A stretch of 64,000 nucleotides of DNA from Octopus sinensis. Lineage: Eukaryota. Numbering within the stretch: position 1 is the first letter of the stretch; the number at the start of each line of letters is the position of its first letter. The stretch covers positions 148,490,001 to 148,554,000 of the forward strand of contig NC_042999.1 in the NCBI RefSeq assembly GCF_006345805.1. Reading direction: 5' to 3'. Of this stretch, positions 1 through 14,932 are shown piece after piece. The translations under genes were made by a program, and so were the position numbers. The notes beneath the pieces were generated by a model, which made no database searches, was not told the DNA's origin, and saw only the letters and a list, made by a program, of their open reading frames with translations.

Positions 1-1419
1 CAAATCCACACACAAAGTTTTGGTTGGCCCAAAGGTGCCACATAGTAGGACTGAACCTGGAACCATATGGTTGGGAAGCAAACTTCTTACCACACAGCTA
101 TATGTACATTTCATAAGATATTGACTGACTGGTCATTCACCTTCTTGCCTTCTCTCAGATCTTTTTTGAAAGCTCAGAAATATACATGCATGTTGTGCCA
201 AACATTTAATTTTCTATTGAATAAGTTCAACTTTTCCAGTGAATGTGTGAGTGAGAGATGATAAATGGAACCTTGGTTGGAAGGAAGTTCACAAATGTTA
301 GGAAAGAAAATTCTGCCATTGCTTTTTAAAGAAATATGTTTGTATTTCTTGTATTTTTAATATATGTGAAATGTATGATGCTGTATATTAAAGGCAAAAT
401 ACTTCCTAAAAAAACAAATTGAAGCTTTTTGATCTACACAAACACAAACATGCAATACATATATGAATGCATTTGTGTGCATGTTTAACCCTTCATTACT
501 GTATTTATTTTAAGAAGCTCTGTGTTTCTTTCAATTACTTTAAATATGACAAAGAATTTAGTAAAATAACTTAGTTATCATTCAGCTAGTATTAGGAACA
601 TAAATTGTGACTAAAGTTTGGTGGAAGATTTTGATTCAAAACTTATGAAAACAAGACATCTGTACTAAAGAGCCAGAGCCGGTTTCAGCTGGGTTGGTAA
701 CGAAAGGGTTAATGTTGGATAGCCTTGATGCAGCTGACCCGTGATCTTTTTAACCATCACCAAACTGTTTTTATTCAAACTGCTTCTTAAATTAAATTTG
801 AGAGATTTGGTTGTTGTTTCTAGCTGGTCAAGCAACCACTTAGATACCCTCACTGATTGCTTTTTGTGTATTTGGTGAATGACATGCTGACAGGCGTGTA
901 CTTAGGGCACCAAAGAATGTGAGCATGACAAATGGTTAATTTTAAAAGTAAGTTTTTAAAAACAATGCAATTTGTGTTTTTACCTGTTTCCTTAATTATA
1001 AGTAAAAACATTGCTTATATTGTTTGTTTTAAATAATATAATAAAAAAAAAACAGTATATGTAATTGTGAATGGAAAAAATCTGAATCTATGACCTTGTA
1101 ATTTGACACACAGCACTTATATTTTAGGTTTTATCAGTTATTCAATGAAAAAGTCAAGGAGGCATTGTTCGTTAAGGCCACCAGTTGACCTGAATCCAGT
1201 TTTGTGAGTTGGAGGATGAGAAGTTAATTGTGGCTTGAGTAGGAAAAGAGTCAATACTTAGGATAAACAAATAACCAGAGCCAACAAAGGAGGCCCTAAG
1301 AAGTCAGTCGATCTACTAGAAATAGTAAACAACAAAAAACTAGAAACGTCAAATGACACCTCTCCATCTTAAAAGGTTATATTGTATGATGTTGTCCTAG
1401 ATACACCATCACTATTTTT

Positions 1420-3130
1420 AGATTGATTTTTTCCATGCTGACATTGACTGATCAGGTTGTTAAAGTTCAAATTAGTTCTTATTTAGAGTTACTATCCTTC
1501 TATAGAGAGTTGGACCATGTCTCATGTGCACTTACTATTTTGGCATGTTTTCCCTTACTATCAGCAACCCCTTGATACAATGGGTGCAAACCACCTGGAG
1601 TCTCAGTCCCTTGCCATCCTTTTTTTTAGTCCTAACATCATAGACCCTTTCTCACCACTTCATCCCATGTCTTCCTGGGTCTACACTTTCCACATTCTCA
1701 CTACAATTAGAGATTGGCACCTCTTGATGCAACTGTATTTACTCATACATATCACACGACTGTACCAGAACAGTCTTCTCTCTTGCATGCTACATCTGAT
1801 GCTATGTATACCCAGTTTTTCTCTCAAATCCCTTACACTCTGTCATATACACACACTGACATTAGCCATCCAGCCATTGCATATATCCTCAATAGCCACA
1901 GCCCATGTAGCATAGCTATTCATACACAGGCCTCATACTATCTACCTTTCACTCTGAAGGAAAAGCCCTTCATTACTAACAAAGGCAGTAGCTCTCTGAA
2001 CTTTACCCAGCCTATTCTTGTAGCTATGCGTTTAGAAGAACCTCCCCCATGACATTTGAGGGAGTCTATTTGTTGTACAATTTCTGGTGTTTAATGTATC
2101 TGCACATCTGCCACATGTAAAGACTTTCTCTGTTAGTCTTCCTGTGATACCATTGCACCTTTTATGTGTCCATAGCTTGGACTGGGTACATCTTATGGAG
2201 TTTCTCCCAACACCTTTTCTACATAATGAGCTGGACCATCTCCCCAAAGGGGTCTGTGATTTGTCTGTTTTCCGACATATCAATATTTAGTTTTTGCTAG
2301 ATTTGTCCCCAAATCTTTGACCGACTCAGCTATGAGAACTAGGTCAATAACATACAAATCTCATACACAGCTATCCTTAAACTCCTTTGTTATGGCCTTG
2401 AGGATCATAATAAACAGAACCTGGATGAATATTGAACCTAGATGGACACCAACTTGCTTGCTAAATTCCTCACAGAATTTTTTAACCATCATCTTGCTGA
2501 CAGCATATCTGTAAATGGCTTATATTTTCTAAATGATCACCAGATTACAGAGTATGAAATCCTATCAACTGTTTTCTATAAGTTGTCAAAATCTAGGCAG
2601 AATGGCTTACTTCTAGCTAAGTATTTCTCCTGTAACTGTCTCCATAAGAATGCACCAGTGATACACCATCATACAAACCTGAACTATATCTTGTCTGGGC
2701 CAATTCTCTGAATCAGTTTTGCTGTAACTTTCATATATTTAGTCCAACAATTTGAAATCACTGTTTTAACACTCTCTGGAATGTCTCCTTTATCCTTGTA
2801 GCAGTTGATGAGATACTGTTAAATCAGGTAGGATAGGCACATTCCTGTCCTACCTGAATGACTATGTAATGCATGATCTACTTTGATAGATATTTGAAGC
2901 AACTCAGCAATTATTCTTTGTGGTCTAATTGCCCCAATTTCCTTAATCAATGACTATATAGCTGCCAATTTCAATGACTGGTATCTCTTTACAGCTTACT
3001 TGGGTGTAGGCTCTCTCCCCAAAATTCTCAACACCCTTTTGTAATAGAATTTACATAACTTTTTGTTTTTAGAGTCAGTGTGAGCAAGTGCACTGCTATA
3101 CAATATAATTGCTTTCGTATACACTTTTCA
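1420..3130 (-). mobile_element. Degenerate RTE-clade LINE fragment (reverse transcriptase region)
   Basis: Broken minus-strand frames resemble RTE RT segments (NCYKDKGD, RQLQEKYLA, GVHQGSVLSP-like, YADD-like, RWYGHV-like) with many stops and frameshifts. Boundaries approximate. Confidence 0.75.
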
Positions 3131-4326
3131 TCACCATCTCACAGATGGTAGGGAACTGGGTGATTTGTATGTGGTGACATTGTAAGGGAGGAGTGAGAGG
3201 CCAGATATGGCCAGTCTGAGCATAAAAGAAAGAAAATATTTAGGCCAGATATGGCTGGTTTAAATCACACTGCTCTATTTATAAAGAAAGAACACAATGG
3301 ATAATGTAGCCCTAAATGACTGGAAAAATATACTAGATGGTCACAGCTGGAATCTCTTTTATGCAAATGTTTAGTTCATTCAGGTTCACCCAATTTCCCC
3401 TCTAACCTCCACCTTCAAAGTATATCTCATTATTATGCTGCATCACACTTGGCAGGTGGCTGCCAAGGGAGGTAACAACTGCTTGAACTTCTTTCACACC
3501 TTCCTTATTCTAGTAACCATGGTTAAAACACAAACACGAAAAGAAAATATAAAAAAAGCAAATCTGATTTTAAAAATTGTTAAAATAGCTTTAATGTCCA
3601 TTTGCTTAAATTTTTCAATAATCGTGTCAATATATGACAATTTCTTCATTTCCGAGTGACGTGTAAGCTTTTTTTTCTTTACCTCCATATGACCAATGCC
3701 ACAAATATGCCAAGTGTCTTCTTGTTTGCAAAGTACCCTGCGTTTGGTGTGGATATAAAAGTGGTGATGTTAACATTAGCAGTTGTGATAGAAGTGGTGG
3801 TGGTAGTAGCAGCAGTAGTGGTGATGGTTGTGGCAGTCTTTTTTTTAAAAATTTTTTTCTTTTTTTAATAATATTAGCAGCCGTGATAAGTTGGTATTAG
3901 AGAGCCAATGGTAGCATGCAACACCAAACAGCAGAGAGAAAGAGAGAGAAAGATAGAGAGAGAGAGAGAGAAAAAGAGAGATAGAGAGAGAGGTGGGGGT
4001 CACATTGAAGACACAGCAAAAGTGAAGAACTGGCTTGAAGTCTTTTGGAATATGCCAGTGACTGCTGTACACCAGATGTACACCAGAAGTAATTTAGATG
4101 CAAACAAAGTGAATACTGCATTGGTTCTGAATGCAGCACAATATTAACACCAGATGTATTCTAGATGTACTCTAGATAGTCACAACATTGGTTGAAAGAA
4201 GAGACAAGAATTTGAAAAAAAAAAAAAACAACAAAAAAAAAACATGGTCAATGAATGTCTTTTTTTTTTCTTTTTCATTTGGAACTTGATTTCTTTGCTT
4301 TTTGTTTAACGAAAAAAAGGCTATTT

Positions 4327-5644
4327 TTTATTAAAAATATAATAATGAAAATTAAAGAAACTAAAGCAATTTTGGTGGAGTGGAGGTGGGGTAATGGTAG
4401 ATAGATAATGGCGTGGTGGAAGGGGCTATGATGACATGTATAGAATCAAAGAGTATATTAACAGAAACAGTGTTGGAATACTAGGTAAGGAGCTTACAAA
4501 AGAAACATCTGTAGGAAGGGATTACATAGGGACATTCTATTAGAAACATTGGGGGTAGAGGGCAAATAGGGATAAATAGAAATAATTGAAATAGGATTGG
4601 AACATGCTAAGGGAAAGAGTGTAATGTAGTCAGGTAAATGTTTCTAATTTAGGAGCAATGCCTGAGATTTTGAGAGGAGAGATTAGCCAATTAAATAGAT
4701 TAGTCAATTAAACAGATCCTTGTACTTAACTGGTCGTTTATTTCATCAATAATGCTGAAAGAGGCATTTTTAGGTGGGCTGAAGTGGAGAAAAGTGATAA
4801 AAGTCCAACCAGACTTTAGGCAATGGGATACTATTAAACTTAACAAGTGATAAAAGGGAGATTTTAAAAGGGTACTGTAATAGAGGGGCGAATGTAGTAG
4901 ATACACTAGAATATCAAATGACAGAAATAAGAGGTGGAAGGGGAGATAACAAGAGGGAGAAATGTTTCAAATTAAAAAAAAACACTATTTCACAGAAAGT
5001 TTTAAATGCAAACACAGAGATGAACATCATATACACACAAGTACATATAAAGGACATATTGTATGCATATAGAGTATAAACATATACAGATTACTTGCAG
5101 TTATATTGATGTGTGTTTGTGTGTGCAAGAGTGTATGAAGAAGAATATATACTCAATATAGTTACATATCCGTCAGCACACATAAAAACACACATACATG
5201 CACATATAAGGATACAGATGTGCACATAGTGACACAAACAACTGCATGAATTGTGTATTAGTTAAATGGTTAGTCATAACGTCTGGCAAACAAGAAGAGA
5301 AAAAAAAAAAGATGATTTAGATTCCACGTTGAGAGATGAAAGAATATTTTGGTTGGCTACAGCAGTATTGAGGGTAGTGTCGACAATTTCAGTTGCAGCA
5401 GCAGCATTTGATGGTTTTGAAAAGAAATTTTTTAAAAATAAAACAAAAAAAAAAAAATTATAAGAAAAGACAAGAAAATAATATGAAGACCAATGAATGA
5501 GCGGAGGTGGGAGTGGGGTGAAGGAAGAAAACAAATGTCTGTATTTTTCTTCTTTTTTTTTGTTTGTTTGTTTTTTGTTTTAATTGCTTGATTTTCTTTT
5601 CTTTTTTTTTTTGTAATTTTTTTTCCTTTAATTTAGTTCTCCAT
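4327..5644 (-). other. Probable Csk 3' UTR (U-rich), candidate AATAAA at 4327-4332
   Basis: Long U-rich stretch without recognisable SINEs directly after the stop. The 3' end is not determinable, since AATAAA is common in this AT-rich DNA. Confidence 0.4.
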
Positions 5645-5821
5645 TCACACAGTGGTGGCACGTAAATTGTGCAACATATTCAAGATATCCTGAAACAACG
5701 GCCGATGATTTGGTTCCATATCCCAGGTGTGTCGCATGATTCGGTATATTTCAGGAGGGCAGCCGTCTGGGGTCTCCATTCTGTAGCCCCTTTCGACATG
5801 TCGTACAACTTCAGCAAGAGG
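5645..5821 (-). CDS. Csk: Csk last coding exon (PLAEVVRHVERGYRMETPDGCPPEIYRIMRHTWDMEPNHRPLFQDILNMLHNLRATTV*)
   Basis: cttatcaag acceptor after a U-rich tract and TGA at 5645-5647. Typical kinase C-lobe end. Confidence 0.95.
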   Translation of the reverse strand, partial: PLAEVVRHVERGYRMETPDGCPPEIYRIMRHTWDMEPNHRPLFQDILNMLHNLRATTV

Positions 5822-6599
5822 CTTGATAAGTAGCAAAAAAAGGTGGAGAAAGAAAAGAAAAAACAAATCTGAATGAAAATTTGGTAAACTAATTTCAGAT
5901 AAATTAACAGAAAAAAGAATAATGAACAACCCTCCCCACTTCTCTCACTGTAACCACTGGGTCACCTGTTAGTTTTGCTCTCTATGGATATACATAAATA
6001 TCAGTGTTTTGATATCTACTTTTCTAAGTGCATCGACATCAAAATAAAAATCAAATGGAAATTGTAGTTGTGATACCTGTACCGGTGGCACGTAAAAAGC
6101 ACCATCCGAACGTGGCTGATGCCAGCACTGCCTTGACTGGCTTCTGTGCCAGTGACACGTAAAAAGCACCAACCGATCGTGGCCGCTGCCAGCCTCCCCT
6201 GGCACCTGTGCCAGTGGTACGTAAAAAACACCCACTACACTCACGGAGTGGAGCGGTTGGCATTAGGAAGGGCATCCAGCTGTAGAAACACTGCCAGGTC
6301 AGACTGGAGCCTGGTGCAGCCTCCTGTCTTCCCAGGCCCCGGTTGAACTGTCCAACCCATGCTAGCACAGAAAATAGTCGTTAAACGATGATGATGATGT
6401 TTTCCATGCAGCAACAACATCAACATGGAAATATTAAGATAATTTCAGTGTATATCTCATGTAGGTTCAAGACATGCAAGTTTTAATCTTGAGTCTACAG
6501 TGTAGTTTTCAGAGCATCAAATTTGGTTGAATAGCAGAATCAGTAGACTGGTGAACAAAATATTCCGCAGGATTTATTAAGGAACCTTGTTGCTTTTGA

Positions 6600-7025
6600 A
6601 CTTTGGATTTTGAGAAGGATTGAGAGAGCAATGGTGAGAGAAATGTGTGGCATGAGGCTGTTTGATAAGAGGGGGACTGAGGACTTGATGGGGATGCTGT
6701 GGTTGGAGGAATCAGTGGAATGGCTGGCAAGGGTGAATGGAGTGCGGTGGCATGAGCATGTGGTTGAGGAAGGATGAGGAGCATGTTCTGAAGAGGGTGT
6801 TAGAGTTTGAGGTAAATGGACAGTGAAAGCGAGATAGACTAAAGAAAATATGGAGGGGACAGGTGGGGGAGATTGGGGTGGGGAGTTGGCTTGAGAAGGG
6901 AGGACAGCCAAAACCAGGTGAGATGGTGAGAGGGCAGTTGTTATGGCACTGAGGTAGATCTGCCCACCCCTGTTAACAGGGACAAAACCCAGATTCAAAA
7001 TGATGGATAATGATGATGATGATGA
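6600..7025 (+). mobile_element. RTE-type LINE 3' fragment ending in (GAT)n
   Basis: Broken translation resembling RRIERAMVREMCG...GVRWHEHV...EEHVLKRVLEFEVNG, followed by a gatgatgat tail. Confidence 0.65.
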
Positions 7026-7396
7026 CTGAGGTCAACTTTACTTTGTAGCTTTCAGTGGGACCGAATCTGGAACCATGTGGTTGGGAAGCAAGTTTCTTGA
7101 CCACAGAGTCATGCCTGTGTCAATCATTTTGCACACGCATTCCTTTGATACAAATGGTTGGACGGAGATCACAGTCTGAGTTCTTATTTGGAGTCATTGA
7201 AATTCTAACAAATTGGGGAGGACATCCCAACAGTCATACATTTAAATACTGACATGGTTACTCTGACTGGATGCCCTTCCTAATGCCAACCACTGTACAG
7301 AGTGTACTGGATGCTTTTTACATGGCACTGGCACTAGTGAGGTTGCCAAGTAATATGCAAGACAAAAACAAGAAACCCTTCAACTGAGTGGGGTTA

Positions 7397-7597
<201 letters not shown>

Positions 7598-9058
7598 TCA
7601 AATGTGTCTTTGGGAATAGCATTAAACTGTACACGTTATAGTTCATTTAGCAACGGAAGAAATAGTTGCCAGGCCTTTTGTGCATGCTACAGGGTGATAA
7701 ACTGAATAACTGTATAGGAGCTGCTATTTCTCTTTTTTGACACAACTAAATCTGGAGTCAGAGTTACAAATTGGTTTTACAAGTCCTTGCAGATTATAAA
7801 AATTTCATTTCTTCAGCTCTCTGTCTCTGTCTGTCTGTCCGTCCGTCCCTCTCTCTCTCTCTCTCTCTCACACACAACTGTCGTCATTGTCATCGTCACC
7901 CTCAACATCAACTTGATAGGAACTGGTGAGCCAGAGGAATGCACCAAGTTCCAATGTCTGCTTTGGTATGATTTCTATGGCTGGATGCCCTTCATAGCAC
8001 ACACACCACACATGTAAGTTAACTTATTAACAGTTTAGGCTGGTGCATTGGGAAAATCATTAAAATGTCAGACATAATCCCATGGGATTTTTAGCTACAG
8101 CTCCTTATGTCGTGAGTTCAAATCCAGCTGACTATGACTAATTCTTCTAGCACTGGTAAAATAATTACCAATTATGTACTGGGCTTGATATAATTGTTCT
8201 CTCTTCCTCTAAATCAATTGAACTTGTAGCCCATTGAAAGATATCTCCAGCTACCAAAAGGTCAAATAATCTACTATTATCTGCACTACAGCATTTATAA
8301 ATTCTTTCTACTATAGGCACAAAGCCTGAAATTTTGTGAGGCGGGGATTAGTCGATTACATCAACTCCAGAGCTCGACTGGTACTTATTTTATTGACCCC
8401 TAAAAGGATAAAAGGATGGAAAGCAAAGTCAACCCTCAGATTGTAAAGCTAGAAGAAATATCAGTAAGCATTTTGTCCAGCAGAGTAATGATTCTGCTAG
8501 CTTGACACCTAAATTATAAATAAATTTTATTTATAAGTAAAAGGTAGTAAATATTAAAACTGTATAGAAAGGAAAAGGCATTTTTCATCATGAAAAATTA
8601 GGTAATAAATTTGAAGAGATGTCTTATATTAGGCTGCAATTACAGGAAGGCAGATGAATCAACAAAAGAGGGAGGAGAAAAAGAAATAATTGATATAAAC
8701 TGTTTTAAATCTTTCACAAGTCAAAGCAAAATTGATAAGGAATGGGGGAAATAAATCAAAGTCAAAAGATAAACAATTGAACTATCCTACACTATTTCAG
8801 CCAGATCTATCAACGTATACAATGTATCAGATGTTGAGGAAAGTTAATAAAAAAACTTTGTTGGTTTTGAAGAGATTGTATCTAACACATTGTTATGCCC
8901 TTGTAGAAAATAGCCAGAAACTTTATGGCAATATTTGTTTGAATGTAAATATTACAGGACTGAGAAAAAAAGGACATTTTAAAAATGATCTTAAAAATGC
9001 TACCAAAGTTGGAGAAGCAATTTATTTTCAGAGATTTACCAATCATAGAGAAGTTCTA

Positions 9059-9952
9059 TGAGGTGGTATCAAAATGTTCCCAGATTAGTTATGTCTAATA
9101 AAAAATAACTTATTTTCCTAAATTTTATCATCATTTCCTTTGAAATAGTCATAGTCACCTTATGCAGCAATACACCAGTTTCAGCATTCCTGTCACTTTT
9201 AGAATCTGGCCTGGAAGTCACTTTCTATAAGCAAGACAATGATCTTTTGTGATTCACTCTCGATCTTGACAAGGTTGTTAAAACGACAACCTCTGAGTGG
9301 CATTTTCATCTTGGGAAAGAGATGGAAGTCTACAAATGCTAAATCTGGCAAACAGGACGAGTGCAGAAGTGATACCATGTTGTTTTTGGCAAGAAACTCA
9401 CAAGTGAGGAGAGCTTGGTAACAGGGCACATTGTCGTCATGAAGAATTCAATTCTTCGCGTTCTACGGATCCAGTTGCTTTCACCAAATGTCCCCTCAAA
9501 TGCTTCAAATTGTCGTTGATTGTCCTCTTACAATTCCCATGCAGAAGCTGATGAGTTTTCTCCACATTTTTGGGGGTGACACTCGTGACAGGTCTTCCAG
9601 GGACACTCTTCCGTTTTTGATGCACCTGTGCTGCTCAAAACATTGTGTATGACCCATTGCCTTGTCACTGTAAGCTTGACAAAGTGTACTCAATGTCTCT
9701 GTAGCAAACTTCCCAAGTTTAACGCAAAATTTCATGTTGGCTCTTTGTTCCCGTCCATGACAAAATCACAGGCCCCAACATACACATGATCGCAAAACCA
9801 TAAATTTCACAACTTGCAAAGTAAACACAACAATGTCACTCAACACACTGCCTCATCAAGATCACTGCTAGCTCTCACTGCACACATAACTGTGTACTGC
9901 CATTTGTTGGCAAGCTACAGAACTAGTCAAGAAACTTTTTGGTACCACCTTG
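9059..9952 (-). mobile_element. Internally deleted mariner (Tc1/mariner) element with both TIRs and TA duplications
   Basis: Imperfect TIRs of about 32 bp (tgaggtggtatcaaaatgttcccagattagtt / rc caaggtggtaccaaaaagtttcttgactagtt), flanked by TA at 9057-58 and 9953-54. Transposase remnants: KFCVKLGKFATET (HTH), GRPVTSVTPKNVEK, and FLAKNN..PDLAFVDFHLFPKMK (YSPDL-type). Confidence 0.9.
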
Positions 9953-10195
9953 TAATTCAAGAGAACTACAAAAAGATTTTAACAACTGAGACATTCAACT
10001 GTTTGTTATCTGTTCCCACTTCTTCCTCCATTTTTTCCCTAGTGCTTTTGTTTTTGATTTATTCTTTGTATAACGGTTCTTAGATATCTTCCTCAGTCTG
10101 TTATGACTTACTAACTTTACGCAGACATTTAAACTGACTGATTAAATAAATAACATGACCAACATGTGTTTTAAAAATAAAATGATAAGACGTTA

Positions 10196-10300
<105 letters not shown>

Positions 10301-11414
10301 CTAATGTGAATTAAAGAGAAATAAAAATAATCAGCATAAACTATACACAAACAACATAAATAAATAATGTTTTATTACCATCTTCATGAAAACTTATAAG
10401 AAATATTCAATAACAACACAAGAAATTCTTCTGTCAATTTAAATTAGACTTGATGTCTTTCAAAATTACTAACAGGTGGGGTAGCTGCTCTTCACAGGAT
10501 TACTGAGGCTGTTGTGTTTACGCTCTCACCCATTCTTAAAGTGCAAATAGCACTAAGATTTCTTTGGGGATCTCAGCAATACTCTCCTGTTTGAAGAAAC
10601 CCAGAGACATCAAATCAAAAGAATAGTTTTTGATAAATATATAAAACCAAAAATGTATTTATTAATGCATTTATTTGTAGGCAAACCTATTTATAGTTCA
10701 TACACCTAAGTAGAGACAAACTATTTACAGGTAGCAAAATTATAGGGTAGAGTCATTAATGCATAGAATAGAATGCCTCCCTGTATTTGTTCTAACTCTT
10801 TGCACTGAGATCAAACTGTGTTGAAGTCAACTTAGATTTTTATCTTTTAGGCTTGATAAAAAAAAAGTACCAATCCTGGGTAGTGGATAGGTAGTGCTGT
10901 CAGAACATGAAATGGGATGCATTGCAATATTTGTTCTGATTGTTTGTGTTCCAAGTTCAAACCCCACCCTGGCCTACTTGAAGTGGTGGTGAGATTTAAT
11001 AATTTGTCAGTTTAACATCACTACATAACACCCTGGCTGCGTGCGACACTGCATTCTGTTGCAAGATATGTGGTTTCAGAATACCTCCTCTTTCACAATT
11101 TTTTTTTTTTTTTTACAGGGCTCCAATCTCAGAAGTCCTTAAAAAGAAATTCTGCATTATCTTGCTGGAATTGAGTGAATGGATCATTGTCGTCTTTTAA
11201 TGTCCATCTTCCATGAAAGAGTGTAGTGGGTGCTTTTTACATGCCACTAGCACAGAAGCCAGTCAGGTGGGCCAGGCATCGATCACGTTCAGATAGTGCT
11301 TTTCATGTACCACCGGCACGGGACCCACTCAGGGGGCACTGGCATCGGCCACAATCAAGTAAAAGTCTTGAAGGAAGTGCCCAACCACAACCAGAGTTAA
11401 AATAATTCAAACTA

Positions 11415-11702
<288 letters not shown>

Positions 11703-12659
11703 TTAGAGTAATCAACCAAAACAGTAAGGGCTAACTCGATTGCATATCATCAATAGTGTTGTGCTGTCTCACTGGCAGAAAATAACTTCACTGCATTATC
11801 TAGCCATCAACAATACCTCAATAAAAGTATCATTGAAAGGATTAATTTATTAGTTGACCATCGAAAAACAATCAGAGATATATATCTTCACTATTCATAA
11901 CTTGTTGTCTGCACTGTTGAACTACGATCTTTCCATAAGTCTGAAGAAAACAAGGGCCATCTCCTCTAAAATTCTTCTTTAAAATGACATGAAGATAAAA
12001 CCTCAATGATCCAGTGAGTTTCAGAACATTACAGGTTATTATTACACCTGAGCTATGAATATAATGTGATTCATGGAGCTGTGAGACTTATTGAATGATG
12101 TGTTTGCCAATATTTCTGTAACAAGATTTTTGATCCCGCACCAAACCCACAACTTTTAGGAAACTATCAGCAGGTACTGTTGTTACATGTCCCACAAACA
12201 TGTACATGCAAGATGTATGAAACCTTTCCATCATCATCATCATTTAATGTCTGCCTTTCATGCTAGCATGGGTGGGATGGTACCACAACAGCCAGCCAGG
12301 CCGAAGCCTGCACCAGACTTCTGTGACTGTTTTGGCAGGATTTTTACAGCTGGATGCCCTTCCTAGCACCAACCACTCAGTAGAGTGGACTTATGGGTAA
12401 ATCTGTTTTGTTCCAGAGACCTAGGTATAGCATTCAAGATTTGTAGAAAACAAAAGTTATCTAACCAATATTAAGGCTAACTACACAAAGAATACTGCTG
12501 ATCCTATATGAGAAAAAAAAAAAACAGTTGTTAAATTACAAAATAATAAAGTCATTTATTAAGCATTCTTGGTACAAACTTAGAAATCCACTTCTCAGAT
12601 TGCAACTGAGATATGAATAGTTTTATCTGTAGTAAAAAAAAAACTTGTTACAAAACTTA

Positions 12660-12830
<171 letters not shown>

Positions 12831-13059
12831 TTAAAAAGATTAAAATTCATTTGAATATAAAACTCAGTAAAATATTCCTCTTAATTTAATAATATAAGCC
12901 CAGTGCATCTCTTTCAATATTTGTTGTTCACAAGTTCAAGCACAATGGAATAGAGTACCATTGGATGTAACTTTTAAGCAAGTGTTTTCTTTCCCTCCCA
13001 TATTTTACATGGTTATTGGTATGGAACTAGTGAAGTTAAGCAGATGGTGTCCTAGCAGA

Positions 13060-13290
13060 AGTATATGGCTTAGTGGTAAGGGTTTGGGTCATGAGTTTTG
13101 ATTCTTGGTGGTGTGTTGTGTCCTTGAGCAAGACACTTAATTCCATGTTGCTCCAGTCCATTTAGCTAGCAAAAATATTTAGTACCTATATTTCAAAGAA
13201 CCAGCCTTGGTCAAGCCGAATCTCCCTGAGAACTACATTGTGGGTACTACTGAAATGATTGTCACAAATGGTGAAGCTGAATTTTTTTTT
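13060..13290 (+). mobile_element. tRNA-headed SINE with V-domain-like core (similar copies ~15955-16280 +, ~19040-19150 -, ~34310-34480 -)
   Basis: tggcttagtggtaagggt head and a GTGTCCTTGAGCAAGACACTT core repeated across the copies. Confidence 0.65.
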
Positions 13291-14527
13291 TGTGCCACAC
13301 CTTGCATAAATGTCCTACTGTTAAAAAAAATTCTATCAAAAAACTTTCATAAAAAAATTGAAATTTATGAACTTAAAATACTTATGAGAGAAATTAAGAA
13401 AAGGTTACAATGCTGATGAAAGAAAAATACAGACATGTGTTTATACATAATGCAACATTCTTTGCTAATTCTTGATTAAACTTATTAAAATAAACCCAAA
13501 ATATCTTTCTCCTTTAAACTTAATTGTATTTTCTTTACCTCTCAAAAAGAAAATGATATATATATTTTTATACATGCATATGTATCCAGACAAATATGCA
13601 TATATAAATATTCAATAGATGAACTATATGTTATTTTGAGGCAAAATTGAGGCAAATATTGCATTATCATCATTATTTAACATCCATCTTCCATGCTGGC
13701 ATAGGTTGGATGGTTTGATAGGAGCAGGCAAACCAGAGAACTGTACCTGCTCCATCATCCGCTTTGGCATGGTTTCTATGGTTGGATGCCCTTCCTAACA
13801 CCAACCACTTTACAGAATGTACCGGATGCTTTTTATGTAGAACTAGTGCCAATGGGGTTGCCAAGTAACTTGCAAGATAAAGATCCCTCAACTGAGAAAA
13901 TACTGAAATGATAACTGAAGATGAAAGTAAATTTTTTCCTACATACAAAATAATCTATATTTAACAAAGCAAATGATTTGCAGTGTTTCTATTAGAAGCA
14001 GTTAATTTATGCAATCACTGCTGTTATAATACAGAAAGTATTTTGCCTTGTCCAGACTTCAATAACACTTCAATAAATGAGTTTCACATTTTTATCAGTA
14101 TAAAAGCTAAAAAATACAACATAAAAATGGTTGTATTCAGTCATGTTAGACATGCAATTATGGTGGGAAAATAACTGCAGATCAAACACTTCAAACATAA
14201 GAAAGAAAGAGAGACGTTGAAATTTTATAACTACATAAAAAAATTAATGTAAGAAATATGAAATTAAAACAACCTGTGGATTATACAAGTTAATTTGAAG
14301 ATGGGAAATGTTTAAGTTAATTCATTTTGTGGAGTTATACCAAATAGACTGCATACATAAATAAACTAACTTTTGTATTGCATACATATTAAAGATATGA
14401 CCTGAATGTATCATGTTATTTCATAGAGAGTTGTTTAGAATTTTGATAAACAGTGGAGGTAAAAATAGTAAAAAGTAAAGCTTTGAATGAACCTTGTTTT
14501 ACACATGCACACAAAGATACATACATA

Positions 14528-14932
14528 TACTCTTTTACTTGTTTCAGTCATTTGACTGTGGCCATGCTGGAGCACCGCCTTTAGTCGAGCAAATCGACCC
14601 CGGGACTTATTCTTTGTAAGCCCAGTACTTATTCTATCGGCCTCTTTTTTTGCCGAACCGCTAAGTGACGGGGACGTAAACACACCAGCATCGGTTGTCA
14701 AGCAATGCTAGGGGGACAAACACAGACACGCAAACACACACGCACATACATATATATATATATATACATATATACGACAGGTTTCTTTCAGTTTCCGTCT
14801 ACCAAATCCACTCACAAGGCTTTGGTCGGCCCGGGGCCATAGTAGAAGACACTTGCCCAAGGTGCCATGCAGTGGGACTGAATCCGGAACCATGTGATTG
14901 GTAAACAAGCTTCTTATCACACAGCCACTCCT
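14528..14932 (-). mobile_element. SINE family S1 (tRNA-derived head, internal (TA)n/(CA)n), near full-length
   Basis: Reverse complement of the 28667-29083 copy. Other copies at ~1-105, 19490-19862, 20660-20870, 21530-21690, 22725-23080, 39175-39535, 40100-40580 and 55110-55275. Confidence 0.85.
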
